Source: Octopus sinensis
Taxonomy: Eukaryota
DNA length: 64,000 bases
Assembly: GCF_006345805.1 (NCBI RefSeq)
Contig: NC_043001.1
Span: forward strand, 39,866,001-39,930,000
Direction of reading: 5' to 3'
In this document: piece after piece, positions 49,501-62,622 of the stretch
Layout: each line of letters starts with the position of its first letter
Position numbering within the stretch: the stretch's first letter is position 1
Notes under the pieces: model-generated
What the model saw: the letters and a program-made list of their open reading frames with translations, nothing else
What the model was told of the DNA's origin: nothing
Databases searched by the model: none
Position numbers and translations under genes: made by a program

Positions 49501-52005
49501 ATCCATAACATAGATTGGGGCCTAGCAATCTTTTTTGGTTGTACTTTCTTGGTCATTACATCTGTATTTTTGTGGAATCTTTCTCTTGAATTTTTTCACA
49601 TCATGCTTCAGGTTTACCATTGTTTGGCATTCCTCTGCAATTGTCTGTAGGGTTAAGTTTTGGTTCACTTGCTCCATTTTTGAAAGAATCCTTGCCTGAA
49701 TTGCTCTCTCTTTGGTTGCTGTAAGGCCTGTACGAATATAAGGGATTTAAACATATTCTATGTGAGTTTTTGAAGTTTAAAATTTTCACACATATGGTTG
49801 ACCACTCCAGTGTATATAATAAAGTCATCATAGTCATTTTTTGTTTAAGTTCCAACACTCCATTCAAGTGTTAAATAATGAACTTTTGTCACAAAAAAAT
49901 CTTTGATAGTAATTCAATAGTTTCTTGGAAACAAATCTCACTTGACTTTTTTGGCAATACAAAGTTACAGTAGCATGCAGGCTTGGCCAAAGCTACCTTA
50001 AGTAGTAATAGCCTCATTTTCTCTTCATCTGACCATGACTTGCAATCTTTGTAAAATATTTCCTTGTACCCTCTACAGTATGCAGGAAATGTAATACCCT
50101 CATCTGGATTATAAGTGAATTCAGAAATCGAGTTCACCACACTGTCTGGCATAAACAAACTTACTGAATTTTCAGACTTCCTTGACTATAACTCAATTAA
50201 CTGTTGTTGTTGTTGTAATATTTGTTTCTGCAATTCCTGTAGTGGTTCCTGTTGCTTCTCTTGTAGCTGTATTGCTACAGCTAATAGGTTCTCCATAATT
50301 TAACAATTTGTATGTGAATAAATTGTCAAATGACCTATGTGAGCTTCAAAAAACCTCGTCACCAGATGTTATATCCTTATCCCTCCAATATCGTAGCACA
50401 GTTGATATTGTCAATGATAGATAAAGAATACACTGTAACAGTGTTATAACAATACAAAATAGAAACAGTGGCAGCAACAAACACACAACGAACCAACAAT
50501 CAATATTTTCAACATACTAATTCAAACTGTACTTGAACTTCGAAGACCAAATTATGAACTGCCAACTACATCAGATTGCTACTATTTATATGTAGTGGTT
50601 CTCTCTATTCTCATCAGAGGGTGTTATACTCTTGCTACAACATTTACTAAGGGAGAAGCAGAAAGGAAAAGATTTGACAATGTTCTATGGTGTGAGAACC
50701 AGAGGCTTGATGTGCTTGAGATTACAAGACAATGTGTTTGAGGAAATCATGATGTTGTAGGAAAGAAATGTGTTCACATGCATGATGGTACACTTGCACT
50801 TAGGGAATCTTCAAAAAGGATGAAAGTGTCACTATGAAAGTCTGCTAAATGTAGAGAATGTATGGGTGAAGGAAAGTTTGCCTAATGTGGACCCAACAGA
50901 GAGACCAGCTATCCAAATCAACATTAGCTTGATAGATAAAGCAATTAAGGATATGAAGGCAAGGAAAGCCCCTGGCCCAACAGAAATCACCACTGAGATG
51001 CTTAAAATATCTGGTAGAGTAGGAAATCGCCTAGTTACTCATATAGTACATCAGGTTGTCCATGATGGAGTCATGGCAGTGAAACATGGGCAACAGAGGA
51101 CATGCAAAAACTTAACAGAAATGAAACCAGCATGCTCCACTGAATGGATAATGTTAATGTACATGTACAACAGAGTGTAAGTGATTTAAGAGTAAAATTG
51201 GACATAAAAAGTATCAGATATAGTGTGCAAGAGAAAAGATTGCACTAGTATGATCAAGTGATGTGTATGGAGGAAAAGAGCTGCACAAAGAAGTGCCTGT
51301 CTCTAAATGTGGAAGAAACCTGTAGATGAGGTAGACCCAGGAAGACATGGGATAAAGTGGTGAAAATTAGCTTCAGGTATTGAACCTCACAGAGGAGATG
51401 ACAAGGAACCAAGACATCTGGTGATTTACTGTGCTTGAGAAGACATATCAAGCTAAGTAAAATCATAGCCATCTGTACATACAGCCATGACCCTCTCAGA
51501 TACACCTGTCTCTGTCAAAACCCCTCTTCCTGACACCCCACTAGAGGCCCCTCACACACACACACACTCTCCCTCTCTCACTTTCTCTCTTTCTCCAATA
51601 AGACCCTTCCCAGCCACTCCAATTCCTTTCACCATCACTTGTTATCTCTAAACAGTTTCAATCACACTCTTATGGAACATCTCCTCTATCCCATCTTTAT
51701 TATTTATACTCGACAGAGTGTAAGTACCTTGAGAGAGAAGTTGGACCTAAGAAGCATCAGTTGCGGTGTGCAAGAGAGACGTTTGCACTGGTATGGCCAT
51801 GTGGCGAGAATGGATGAAGATAGTTGTGTGAAAAAGTGCCACACCCTAGCTGTTGAGGGAATCTGTGGAAGAGGCAGACCCAGGAAAACCTGGGATGAGG
51901 TGGTGAAGCACGACCTTCGAACTTTAGGTCTCACTGAGGAAATGACTAGAGACCTAGACCTTTGGAAGTATGCTGTGCGTGAGAAGACCCGGCAGGACAA
52001 GTGAG
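46545..52005 (+). mobile_element. RTE LINE fragment (46545-46730 + 50643-52005) hosting a Gypsy
   Basis: 'IDKAIKDMKARKAPGPTEITTEMLK' and 'RRLHWYGHVARMDED...GRGRPRKTW'; continuity across the Gypsy matches the 20340-20540 copy. Confidence 0.82.
46731..50642 (-). mobile_element. Degenerate, internally deleted Gypsy (Mag/K02A2.6-like) LTR retrotransposon
   Basis: LTRs 46731-47010 and 50367-50642 (TG...CA); PBS tggtgacgagg; PPT aaaggagaga; TSD tttat/tttac; gag 'FTYNPDEGITF...FVLPKK' and RT 'IRLYADFSTGLN...FKLDLSEA'. Confidence 0.92.
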
Positions 52006-52139
52006 ACCATCACCCATGGCCTCAATCCACTTATGCATACCTTTCCTTCTTGGGACACAAAACCCTACTTGTGAAGACCTGTTGAGGCAAGTGAAAATCA
52101 AAATCAAAAAAATCAAAAAATCAAAAATCAAAATCGATC

Positions 52140-52598
52140 AACATGAATGGAAATTGTCGCTGTGATATCAGTGCTGGTGGCACATAAGAGAACCATCCGA
52201 ACGTGGCCGTTGCCAGTGCCGCCCTGACTGGCTTCCGTGCCGGTGGCACATAAAAAGCACCATCCGATCATGGCCGCTGCCAGCCGCGCCTGGCCTCCAT
52301 GCTGGTGGCATGTAAAAAGCACAATCCGATCATGGCCATTTGCTAGCCTCGCCTGGCCTCCATGCTGGTGGCACGTAAAAAGCACCATTCAACCATGGCC
52401 GTTTGCCAGACTTGTCTGGCACCTGTGCAGGTGGCACGTAAAAAGCACCCACTACACTCATGGAGTGGTTGGCGTTAGGAAGGGCATCTAGCCATAGAAA
52501 CATTGCCAGATCAGACTGGGCCTGGTGCAGCCTTCTGGCTTCCCAGACCCCAGTTGCACTGTCCAACCCATGCCAGCATGGAAAGCGGATGCTAAACG

Positions 52599-52630
<32 letters not shown>
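52140..52630 (+). mobile_element. RTE-tailed SINE with internal tandem units of about 53 bp
   Basis: A closely similar inverted copy lies at 63372-63722. Confidence 0.8.
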
Positions 52631-52632
<2 letters not shown>

Positions 52633-52658
52633 CTGCTTCTCAATGTACGATGTGAAAA

Positions 52659-52710
<52 letters not shown>

Positions 52711-53542
52711 GACTGTATTTCTATCTTTCTCTTTAACTCTTTCACACCTTCCTCTCCTTCTTGTCCTACTGGTGTAGTCAAGTATCTACTCTTTGCAGAG
52801 ATAGAGATATCTCTGTCCCTCTATCACACTCTTACCACTTGTTTCGGATACAACCAGTTCTTTTGGCTCTACTCCCTCTCTCAGCTGAGAGATCTTTGTC
52901 TTGCAAGCTACTAGGTGATTCCACAGGTGCTAGTGCCAGTGTATAAATCACCTGTGCTGATGCCACATAAAAAGCACCTGTGCTGATGTTGTAAAAAGCA
53001 CTTGTTTTGGTGCCAAGTAAAAGGAGCTTGTGCTGGTGCTACATGAATAGCACCCAATAGACTCTGGAAAGTGGTTGGCATTAAGAAGTGCATCAAGCCT
53101 TGGAAGCATTGTCAAAACAGACATTTAGAACCTGGTGCAGCTCTCCAGCTTGCCAGTTCCTGTCAAACTGCCCAACCCATGCCAGCACAGAAAATGGACA
53201 TTAAATGATGATGATTTTATACAAAAATATATGTATACAACATGTTTTGAACAACAGCATAATGATCTTCCCCAGATTCAAGAAATTAAATAATATTTGA
53301 GCAGAATTATTTGCTTGGAGAATATGTTTTAACTATTTTGTTGTTGCACAAAAGTAGTATAAAAATAATATTGAAATATATTATAATGTATATTTTATGT
53401 ATAAATGTTATTTAGAAACAAAAATAGTGTACTGTATAATGTCAGAATCTCAGAATGGCTACAGCCTTGGGCTGAAATCAGTAAAAGAATAAACTTGTGC
53501 TTTAATGAATGTAATTTATTAAAGAAATGCTCATATACTTAC

Positions 53543-53584
53543 CATCAGTTTTCTCTGAACCATTCATACAAGCAATGTCCATAT
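53543..53584 (-). CDS. Type B microexon with Tyr replaced by Cys: (D)MDIACMNGSEKTDG
   Basis: Acceptor ttaatttcttaaAG, donor GATG|gtaagt. Confidence 0.75.
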
Positions 53585-53820
53585 CTTTAAGAAATTAATA
53601 CAAAGAATAGATAACATGTTATAAATAAAATAAAAACAAACTATGTTAGTGTACTGATACTACCAAAGTAAATACTAAGGAACTAGACTCACAAACACAT
53701 TCATACTCATACACATACACCAATTAATAGAAAAATGTTAGAGATTGATATTATTTAGGGTTGCTTGCATTCTTTCAAGTTTCAAACTGTTCTAAAATTA
53801 TGGTGTGTACTATCAATATT

Positions 53821-53835
53821 GGCTATTTTCCACAT
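53821..53835 (-). pseudogene. Type A microexon remnant (3' part deleted)
   Basis: cttgaAG-ATGTGGAAAATAG then jumps to downstream intron sequence. Confidence 0.55.
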
Positions 53836-53845
53836 CTTCAAGAAA

Positions 53846-54150
53846 TCTTTATATATAAAAGTGAAGTTGTGTGAGAGTCTGTCTACTCCAATTTAGATTC
53901 CTAACTACTCCCACATTTTGTGGTGCAGTTTAACCAAAAGCTGGTATCTTATAGTCGTGATTCATATCGAGCCCTTCTGGGTATTAGCACGTGTCTATGA
54001 TGAGTCTACGATTTAAAAAAATATTTACCATCGTTTTTCCGCATTTTTAATGCATTTTTGGCTCGGTTTATATAAGGGAAGTAACTCTCTAAAAATGCTT
54101 ATATAGTTATTTCCCTTACAAACCCGAGCAACGCTGGGCGATACTGCTAG
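53846..54150 (+). mobile_element. Non-autonomous Helitron
   Basis: 5' TC, 3' hairpin cccgagcaacgctggg then CTAG; inserted between A and T with no TSD (agaaa|ttagatat). Confidence 0.85.
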
Positions 54151-54549
54151 TTAGATATAAAATGGGAATATTTTATAGACTGGATTATTAATAAAGATTA
54201 ATAATTTTGAGTCAATGGTAAAGATATGCAATGGAATTTAACATTTTCTAAGTTTTATTGAAGTACAGCATGTGGATTTTAAATTAGTGTCTCTGTTTAA
54301 ACTAAAAATCAAATACTATTTTGAAAGTTATGATGTAAACTAATATTGTTTGTACATGACTTCAAAGAAATGACAAACCCAGACAGATTAAAAGAATACA
54401 AGTGGCCTGAGGAGTGGAAAAAGAAGGTGGTGGTGTCTGCAGTCTGTGTTGGCATGAATACCAAGGCTGACAACCTAAAGCTATCACTGCACATAGTCCA
54501 GAGGGTAAAGAAATAGTCAGAGGATAGTAACTTTGACATTAACACTGTG

Positions 54550-55370
54550 GCTACTTTGGGAAACTCATAATTGCAGTAAACAAAGGGTGAGAAGTGCTGA
54601 TTTCATCTAGAAAGTTAAGCAGTTCCTTAAGGAAGACCCCACCATTGGGATATGTGAGATTCAACTGCATTGATAAAATTATGAAAACTTGTGAGAATGA
54701 AGACCTTCATTACAAGATGCAGACAGGACAGTTGCTCACTCAGAAATCCTAAGGGAACCACATGAAGAGAAGCAAGGAACTTTTAAGCAAGTCAAAGTAT
54801 ATCTTGGATTCAAACAAGGTTTGGGTATTTTTCGGATGCAAACACTTTTGGTAAAACAAAGTACACAACAAGCAAAATAACAGATGGTTAGAAGTTAGCC
54901 AAGATGATGTTTCTAGGGACATGAAAAGCAAGATTCCTGTCCACATGGTTTCTTTGGCATAATCAGCAATGAAGAACATGTCATGCCCCCTCACATCTTT
55001 AATGTGGGGCTGAATGTAAACTAGGAGTTCTGGAGACTGTGATGAAGACCTGGATTAAAGATATCAGTAAGATGGTCAGGAGGACTCAAACATGGCTTTC
55101 AAACAACTTTACTATCATGTCAGCCCATACATGTGACATCCTATTTTCCGAACTGCAATCCTCTAGACTATTTTATTCTGGAGTACAGTCAAGAGAGTCC
55201 CTAACAAGACTACCTGCAGGATCAAGGATGGGCCAAAGCAGCACATCTGCTAGGCTTTCCAAGATTTATCAGCTGCAACTGTGAAACACACCTGTTCCTA
55301 ATTCCACAGTCATCTCAAGGAAGTTATTAAAGCGGGCAGGTGTTATATTGAATAACTATGTAGTATACAG
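54550..55370 (+). mobile_element. Degenerate Tc1/mariner-superfamily transposase remnant
   Basis: 'FGIISNEEHVMPPHIF' and 'PNCNPLDYF' motifs, frameshifted. Confidence 0.65.
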
Positions 55371-57879
55371 GCCAGTAACTTTGTGTATCTTTAATAGGAT
55401 GTGGCATGCAGGAGAAGAGAATGTGTTGGTTTGGACATGTGATGCATATGAATAAAGGCAGGCTAGAACCTCATATTGCGAAACATCATGGTCCATTGTC
55501 ATTTCCTAAGGTTGATCTCACCACTTCATCATATGTCTTCTTGGGTCTCCCTCTTCCATAGGTACCATCCACATAGGTACCAATGACATGCACTTCTGAA
55601 TATAGCCTGACATGCACTTCTGAATATGGAACTGAGTGCTAGAAGCATTGTGTCCCACCCACATGTAACAATTCTAAACAGCATCTTTCTCTCCTTCACA
55701 TTCCCTCTTCATAAACTATGATTGTCTTCCAATGCCTCATTGGATCACTATCTGCCCTCACTACCCTGCTCACTGTATCACTGCTTTTCCCCCCTCCATT
55801 TTTATACACAGGGTTTTGCCAATCACTGCAATCCCCATTCCCTACTAGCACCTTCTTGGCAATACTTGACCACATATATTATGACCTCCATACCTCTTCT
55901 TCCTTGCTCTACCATCACATAAATGCTCTGATCCTTGTTACTTGTGAGTATACCCTGGTACTTCACCATCTCTCTCCTACTCTCTCTTGCACTTTTGCTG
56001 ATTCTCTCTCTCTTTCCCTTGCTCTTCCCTTTGGCTGAGTAGCCATGTATCTCCTCTACAGCAGCACACCTGTTTCTGCTCTTATTCTTGATTGCTCCCT
56101 CTTCTTGACTTACTTTTCCCTCTGACTAGGTAACCAAGTATCTCCTTCACATCAGCACACCTGTTTCTGTACTCTTTCTTGTACCTCTCTTTCCCTCTCT
56201 CTCCTTCTCTCTCTTCCTCTCTTTTCTTCTCCTTCTCTCTCTCTCTCTCTCTCAATCTCTCATTTGGTAACAATGTTCCTCCTCTATAGTAAGACACCTC
56301 TTTCTGCTCTCTCTCTCTCTCTCTCACCCTAACCTTTCATCCTCTGACACAACTTCCCTCCTCAAATGCTCTTGCTCTCTCAAAATTCTATGTCTTCTGA
56401 GTTACTTGGTGACCCTGCCAGTGCTGATGCCACATATAAAGCATCCAGTCTACACTGTAAAGTGGTTGGCATTTGGAAGGGCATCCAGCTACAAAAATCA
56501 TGCCAAAACTAACCTTACCTGTGCTAGTGCCGCATAAAAAGCACTGAGTCCGAAAAGCAGTTGGTGTTAGGAAAGGCATCCAGCTGTAGAAACCTTACCA
56601 AAACAGACACAGTAGACTGGGGTAGTCTTCTATCAGGACAGCTCCTGCCAAACATTCTACCCATGCATGCATGGAAGACGGACATTAAACAATGATGATG
56701 ATGATGATATATATATATCATCATCATCATCATCTTTATCATAATTCATCACCATTGTTTTATTACTGCTTTGCATGCTGGTATGGGCTGTGTGCTTTTA
56801 CAGAATGCAGCAGGATTGAGAAGTGCATCATGCTCCAGCGTCACTGTTTTGTCCTTGTTTTGACAACTGAATGCCCTTCCTAAAGCCAGCTTTACTGAGT
56901 GTACTGGGTGGATTTTGACAGCAACAGATAGGTCATCTTGCAACTGGCAAACCTGAAGATTTAAAGCTGAGTGGCATATAGGAAGGAGAAAGTGTGTGAT
57001 GATTATAAGTAAGGGGATTAGGATAAAGTATGATGAGCAGAACAGGCTTGTAGATGTGAGAGGGTGATAGTAAAAAAGAGTAACAGAATAGACACTGTTG
57101 GGGAGCAGTGTGGAAGGAACAAGAGAAATGAGAAGGGAATTAAGGTCAGGACTCAGGAAAATTCTTGTAGTTTTCAGAGAAGATCACTATCAAGTATTAA
57201 GAAGTTAGGAGAAATGAGTTTAAAAAACTAGATAATATTAGAAAAGATTAACTAATATGGGTAAGGTCTAATTTGTTATGAGAAATGCATATGAATTCTG
57301 CAAAGGAGAAAACACCAGAGCAAGCACTTCTGAAGGACTGAGGTTTTAGATTCTATAATGACTTTGTGAGATTCTTTTAAGATCTTCTGAATTCATATAG
57401 TCTTTAATCATTTAAACTCTCTCCCTCTCCACTGATCTCTCTATAATTTCTTTAATGTATCTTGCCCCACTTACTTCTATGATCTATTAACTTTTTAACA
57501 ACTTATACATTTTCAATAGTATTTACCGTGTGTAATGTTTTTACCTTTAACAATTTTGTACAGGTTATCACATATCTGCTTAACTCAACTTAATCCTTTC
57601 CATGCAAAACTGCTTCAGGGATATAATTAGACAGACACACTGTGCTGTGTTTTTTATATATAATGTAAATACTTCTGGCATCTTAATCTATCATATACAC
57701 AGTTCTGGCGACCTGTTATATCTAATATCTCATGTAAGGATTTTCACTGCACTTAGCTCTGATCACTTCTACAAGTAGGCAACTTTTATTTCAATAACAT
57801 ACTTAACATAGTAATCTAGTTATTGTTCACATATGGTCCTTCTATTTCAGATATATTGCACTTTTGGATTCTATGTCCA

Positions 57880-59150
57880 TTTCTAATAGCCCATTAAACC
57901 TCCCTCTATTGGGTAATCTTTTCCTGTATTACCTAGAGAGCAAGGGAACTTGTGAAAGGCTTTCTCCAGGTTGATAAATGTTGAGTACAGTGGCTCACTT
58001 TTAGCTAAACACTTCTCTTGTAGTTGCCTCACAAGAAAGAGAGCAACAATAATACTTTTTTCCTGGCTCAAAACCAAACTGCATCTTATCTAAGCTAGTA
58101 TTCTACCTAATTAACTGGGTTATAACTCTTACTGTAACTTTTATAATTTGATGCAATTATTTCATATCTCTGTAATTACCTCTCTTTAAACATTTAGCAT
58201 TTAAACTGGCCATATCTATCCCAAATATTCTACCTGTTCAAACAGGCCAAATACAACTTCTCACACCTCCCATCCATTGTCATTCTAAAAATAAGCAATC
58301 ACATCATCAAAATCTCTGAGCTACAAGATAATGTATGATTAATTCAAAGCAATGTGAATAAATAAGAATTACATTAAACAGAGTAATCTGAGTACTAAAG
58401 GGTTTAAGCATCATATTTATACTTGCAACAGCTGACTATGATACTGCTATGCCAATCATTGGGTATGACTTCTGCACAGCCCAACAAATATGCAAGTTAT
58501 GAAGCAATATCCAATGCTGTCAGATATTTTAAGCCTTGCACCAGTAATTCCTGATGGTCTACAAGCTTTTCCTTGCCTTTATATCCTTAACTTCGTTTAC
58601 CTACTAGAGTAACCAGTTCCTCTATTGCATCTGCATTGGAAATATTTCATATGTAATTGCCTTTCACATTAGCATTTCTACACCTTTTTCTTTCAGTATT
58701 ACTAAATGTAAGTGTGCCATTGTCCATTTGTACACACTACTAACTCACAATATCATGATTCTTTCTGAGATACTGCCTTCCAATCCAGAACACCTTATTC
58801 CATCAGTCTTAATGTTATCCTCTGCTAAGTAAACCTGTCACTTGGCTTCCCTTCTACTATATTTCTTTGCTGTCCCCTTTCATTCTATCTTTTCATCTGT
58901 GTCACTCCACTTTCATGACTATTTACTTACTGTTCCACCACCATATCACTTCCATTCTGGTTAAAACCATATGCCAGTCATGGATTTGGTCTATAAGCTC
59001 CTCCAGTGAGTTGTCTCATGGAAACTTCTATTTGTCCTTTAAGCCATACATCTCCATTTCTTCCTCTTTTTCATCAAATATTTCAACTCATACTTCTCTA
59101 AATTTCTAACTGTTCAATAGACTTGTAAGTTTCCATATCTTCCCTTTCCA
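57880..59150 (-). mobile_element. Degenerate RTE LINE fragment
   Basis: 'FLVRQLQEKCLAKSEPLYSTFINLEKAF'. Confidence 0.72.
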
Positions 59151-59612
59151 GACTGGTTTGCATCTCTGATTTGCATTCACAACTAATAATTTCGTTCTTG
59201 GAAAAGGATGATGTCAAACTGGTTTGTGTGTCCACCAGCTTGTTAGTTGATCAGGTGGTTAGCTAGTTTCTTGAAGTTAGTCTTGCAGATCATCATGTCA
59301 TTTGGATTACAGAACTCCAAGAAATTTGTTCCCACATGCATTCACCAAACTCAGCAGCCTCCTTTCATAATAGCACTTTCATGTCAGTTTCTTATGTATG
59401 GTATATATTAATATATGTGTGTGTATATGTGTATATATATGTATGTATATGTATGTAAAAATATATGTATGTGTATGTATATGTGTGTGCATATATATGT
59501 TTGCTTATATGTGTGTGTGTGAGTGTCTATGGACAGTGACAAGTGTGAGTGATAGAAAGTGGAGGTGGTAAGGTCACCCTACTCTTTGTCTGTCTGCTAG
59601 ATAGTAGATTAA

Positions 59613-61468
59613 ACTGGGCAACAAAAAAAGATTTATTGTCTGCTACCCAGACAAATGGTGCTGTACTAAACTAAACCGAGTACACTGATTCCGAATCTGA
59701 ACTCAGAATTGCTGTAGCATGTTAGGATCTTGAGTTATGCACATAATTATATATTAATACTATATCAGAATCAGGAATAGTTAAGTTCAAGGTAAATAAT
59801 TATTATAATAGTATATTATCACTGTATATAGTAAATTTATGTTCAAGGCAAATAGTATTATAATATAATGGTACATAGTATATTTATATTAAGAGAATAC
59901 TCACTTTATTATTTATATACTCAGAAATGTTTGAGACACTTGCTCTTGTGCTTATGCATCATGCTGGTTTCCCATTGTAGGAACCAGTAGCCCCCCCCCC
60001 CCATCATGTGTGGATTGAACCAGCCTCATTTCCACTGCAGATATATCCTGGTGAAATCTCTCACCATGCTCATCACTAAGGGCACCAAGATTCGTTGGAA
60101 AAAAATCAAGATGAGTATGCAAAATGTGCATTTTAAGGGACATTCATCATCCCATTCTTTCATACACTGTCAGCATGTTGTTTATTAAATAAGCATGATT
60201 TTCAACTCTATGATTATCAAGAAAGTTCTGTACAACTGACACGAATGAATCCCATGCCGTCGGCTCAACTGGATTCAGTTTATCTCTGAATTTGCTATCA
60301 GCTATCAATTCTCTGATCTTGGGTCCAATGAAAATGCCTGCTTTTAGTTTTGTGTCACTTTTCTCTGCACCAAATTTTACTTTTAGGTACTGGAAGCCAC
60401 AACCATCATGTGCCATTGCTTTTACAAAGCTTTTCATGAGGCCGAGTTTGATGTGAATGGGTGGAAGAAAGATTTTTTTGCGGGTATACCATTGTATGCT
60501 CATTGTACCGCTCATCTCTTTTTGGCCGGTCTTTTACAGTGTAATGATTGCTGTCGTCACAGTTGTTCCAAACACATAAGAAGCACATATTTTGGTATAT
60601 CTCAGGTGCAGTCCTAAGAGGAGGGAAATCACCTTTAAATCACCACAAATATTCTACTTGCGAACTGAGTAATTAACTCCTTTCAGAAAGAGGGGAACTG
60701 GGACAGGGTTCTTGAAGTCATGTGGGACCAGTTTTAGAGCTGACTTACAATCTGCATACACAATTTTTTCTCTGTTCTTCTTTGAGAAACAGCTAATATT
60801 AGACATGCAAAAGTAATAATAAGAGATATGATTCCCTTCCATTTTCCATTCAGCTACTGTGTAAGCCCTGAGTAACACACAGTGTAGCATATGTGAGGTG
60901 CCCACCTCTTGCCTTGGTCCCCAACTTTACACTCGAAATAATATTTATAGGCTGCTTTTAATTTGGTGGCAATGTTCCTCCGCTGATCTCATGGAGCAAA
61001 TTTTCCATAGACATGACAAAAGTTGTCTGGGTAATTCACACAGCCCCTCCTGTTCGTGATCTAACACAATGAACACAGTTAAAACAGTAATCACGGAGAG
61101 AGTGAGAGATACACATACCACATGTGACAGTAGCACAAACAACACTGAGAGTTACCAAGAATAAATTTTTGTATTTTGCATTGCACACAATACATTAGCA
61201 TCATCTATTGCTAAACTAAATAATGAACTTTCTCTTTGTTTGTTTTATTGCTGTTATTTCTTTAATTTTGAATTAAGACTGCTTTCATTTTAGTAAATTT
61301 TATAATACAGCCTATATCTAGTTGAAAGTATAGTTATAATCTTGTGCATGCACATAACTCAAATCTGATGTGTTAGAACAATTCTGAGTGCAGATTCGAA
61401 ATCAGAATGCTCAATTTAGTCTGAAACACATGCTTTTACCCCAGTAGCAAAATCTTTGTTGTCCAGCG
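59613..61468 (-). mobile_element. Internally deleted Chapaev-like (CMC) DNA transposon
   Basis: Imperfect TIRs actgggcaacaaa / tttgttgtccagcg plus about 45-bp subterminal inverted repeats; 'LPPIHIKLGLMKSFVKAM' and 'MSLKMHILHTHLDFFPTNLGALSDEHGERFHQDI'. Family assignment is from recalled motifs. Confidence 0.72.
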
Positions 61469-61469
61469 T

Positions 61470-61848
61470 TATTGACAAATGTTATTGTAAAACTTGATAT
61501 TTAAGTATCTGCAAGGTGTTAGACCCTGATTTATGACCAAAATGCTGAAACTGTGGCCACCATCTCTGCTATTGCTATTGACATTGTTATTGTTGTTGAT
61601 ATTTATATAATTTTCTCGGTTGCATCTACACAGATATGAGAGGTGTGGCCTCGAATCACTATGGTTTGTCTGTTTGTTTATTCCCAATTGCATTATACCA
61701 CTAGCAATGTTGTTCATGATTTGCATAATGAGAATATTTATTGAGCATTTAACACCACTCATTGCATTTCTTGCTGAAAACCAAAGAGGTGAATTAACAA
61801 AGTTATATAATGTTTCAATAGCAATTATGTAACCCTGATGATAATTTG
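61470..61848 (-). other. Candidate juxtamembrane exon region (open frame, phase-1 acceptors; donor undetermined)
   Basis: Acceptor tatgtatttcAG at 61849-61850; frame continuous with the TM exon; contains ENYINI. Confidence 0.3.
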
Positions 61849-62210
61849 CTGAAATACATAAATGCTTATAAAGCATCAAATTTTATGTTTTCTGTATTTT
61901 TTAATACTATTAGATGGCTTATTTTCTACACACTTGCTTTGATACTCCACATCATATTGCACTGGATATAGGAGTGGGACCCACTACTGAGTCCGAACTC
62001 TGGTTATATGTCACAATCTGCAGCCTGTATATTCTTTACACACACACACACATGTACACACACATACACCCACATACACACACACACACAACATACACAC
62101 ATGCATATATATATATACACAAATTCTAACATATATTTAACCAAGAGAGTTTAAAGAATATGTATCTCAATGTAGTTAACAAATCTTAATAACGTGTAAA
62201 ACATACCAAC

Positions 62211-62315
62211 CTCTTATTTTGTGGAATTTATAAGCAACAAGCCCCAAAGTTATTAATAATAATACACTTCCTACAGTACAACCAATAATTGTTCCCAAAA
62301 AGACTTCTGTAATTT
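62211..62315 (-). CDS. Transmembrane exon: (E)ITEVFLGTIIGCTVGSVLLLITLGLVAYKFHKIRG
   Basis: Acceptor atatcttttcAG, donor GAG|gttggt; 105 bp, phase 1-1; hydrophobic helix followed by basic KFHKIR stop-transfer residues. Confidence 0.85.
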
Positions 62316-62622
62316 CTGAAAAGATATATTAAAAAGACCCTGCATTAATATATTAAAAAGATAAAGGGCTATGAAGAATTTTTCACTAATTATCTATCCT
62401 ATATTGTATGGTCAGTAGATATTGGGGTACACAGTTGCTGAAAAATTCAAAAACAATAAAAATGCACACACAGTTGTACACCCTTTTTATATCAACACAG
62501 ATATTGTACAGACAATTTGTTTACAATCATTGTAACACAAAGTGTTAGCTAAAAACACTATGAATATGTTCTATAGTACACTAAAGTAATGTATTATAAG
62601 CCTCAGAGTTTTTAGGTCATAC

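Larger units (their letters stand above)
46512..53275 (-). pseudogene. Type A microexon split by nested insertions (halves at about 46512-46548 and 53250-53275)
   Basis: The donor half ends at ...tcact and the acceptor half resumes at aac...cataatgatcttcc, adjacent in the consensus; acceptor mutated to AT. Confidence 0.6.

Noticed and set aside
59160-59380. Possible further Tc1/mariner fragment
   Set aside because: Motifs too degraded to support a call.
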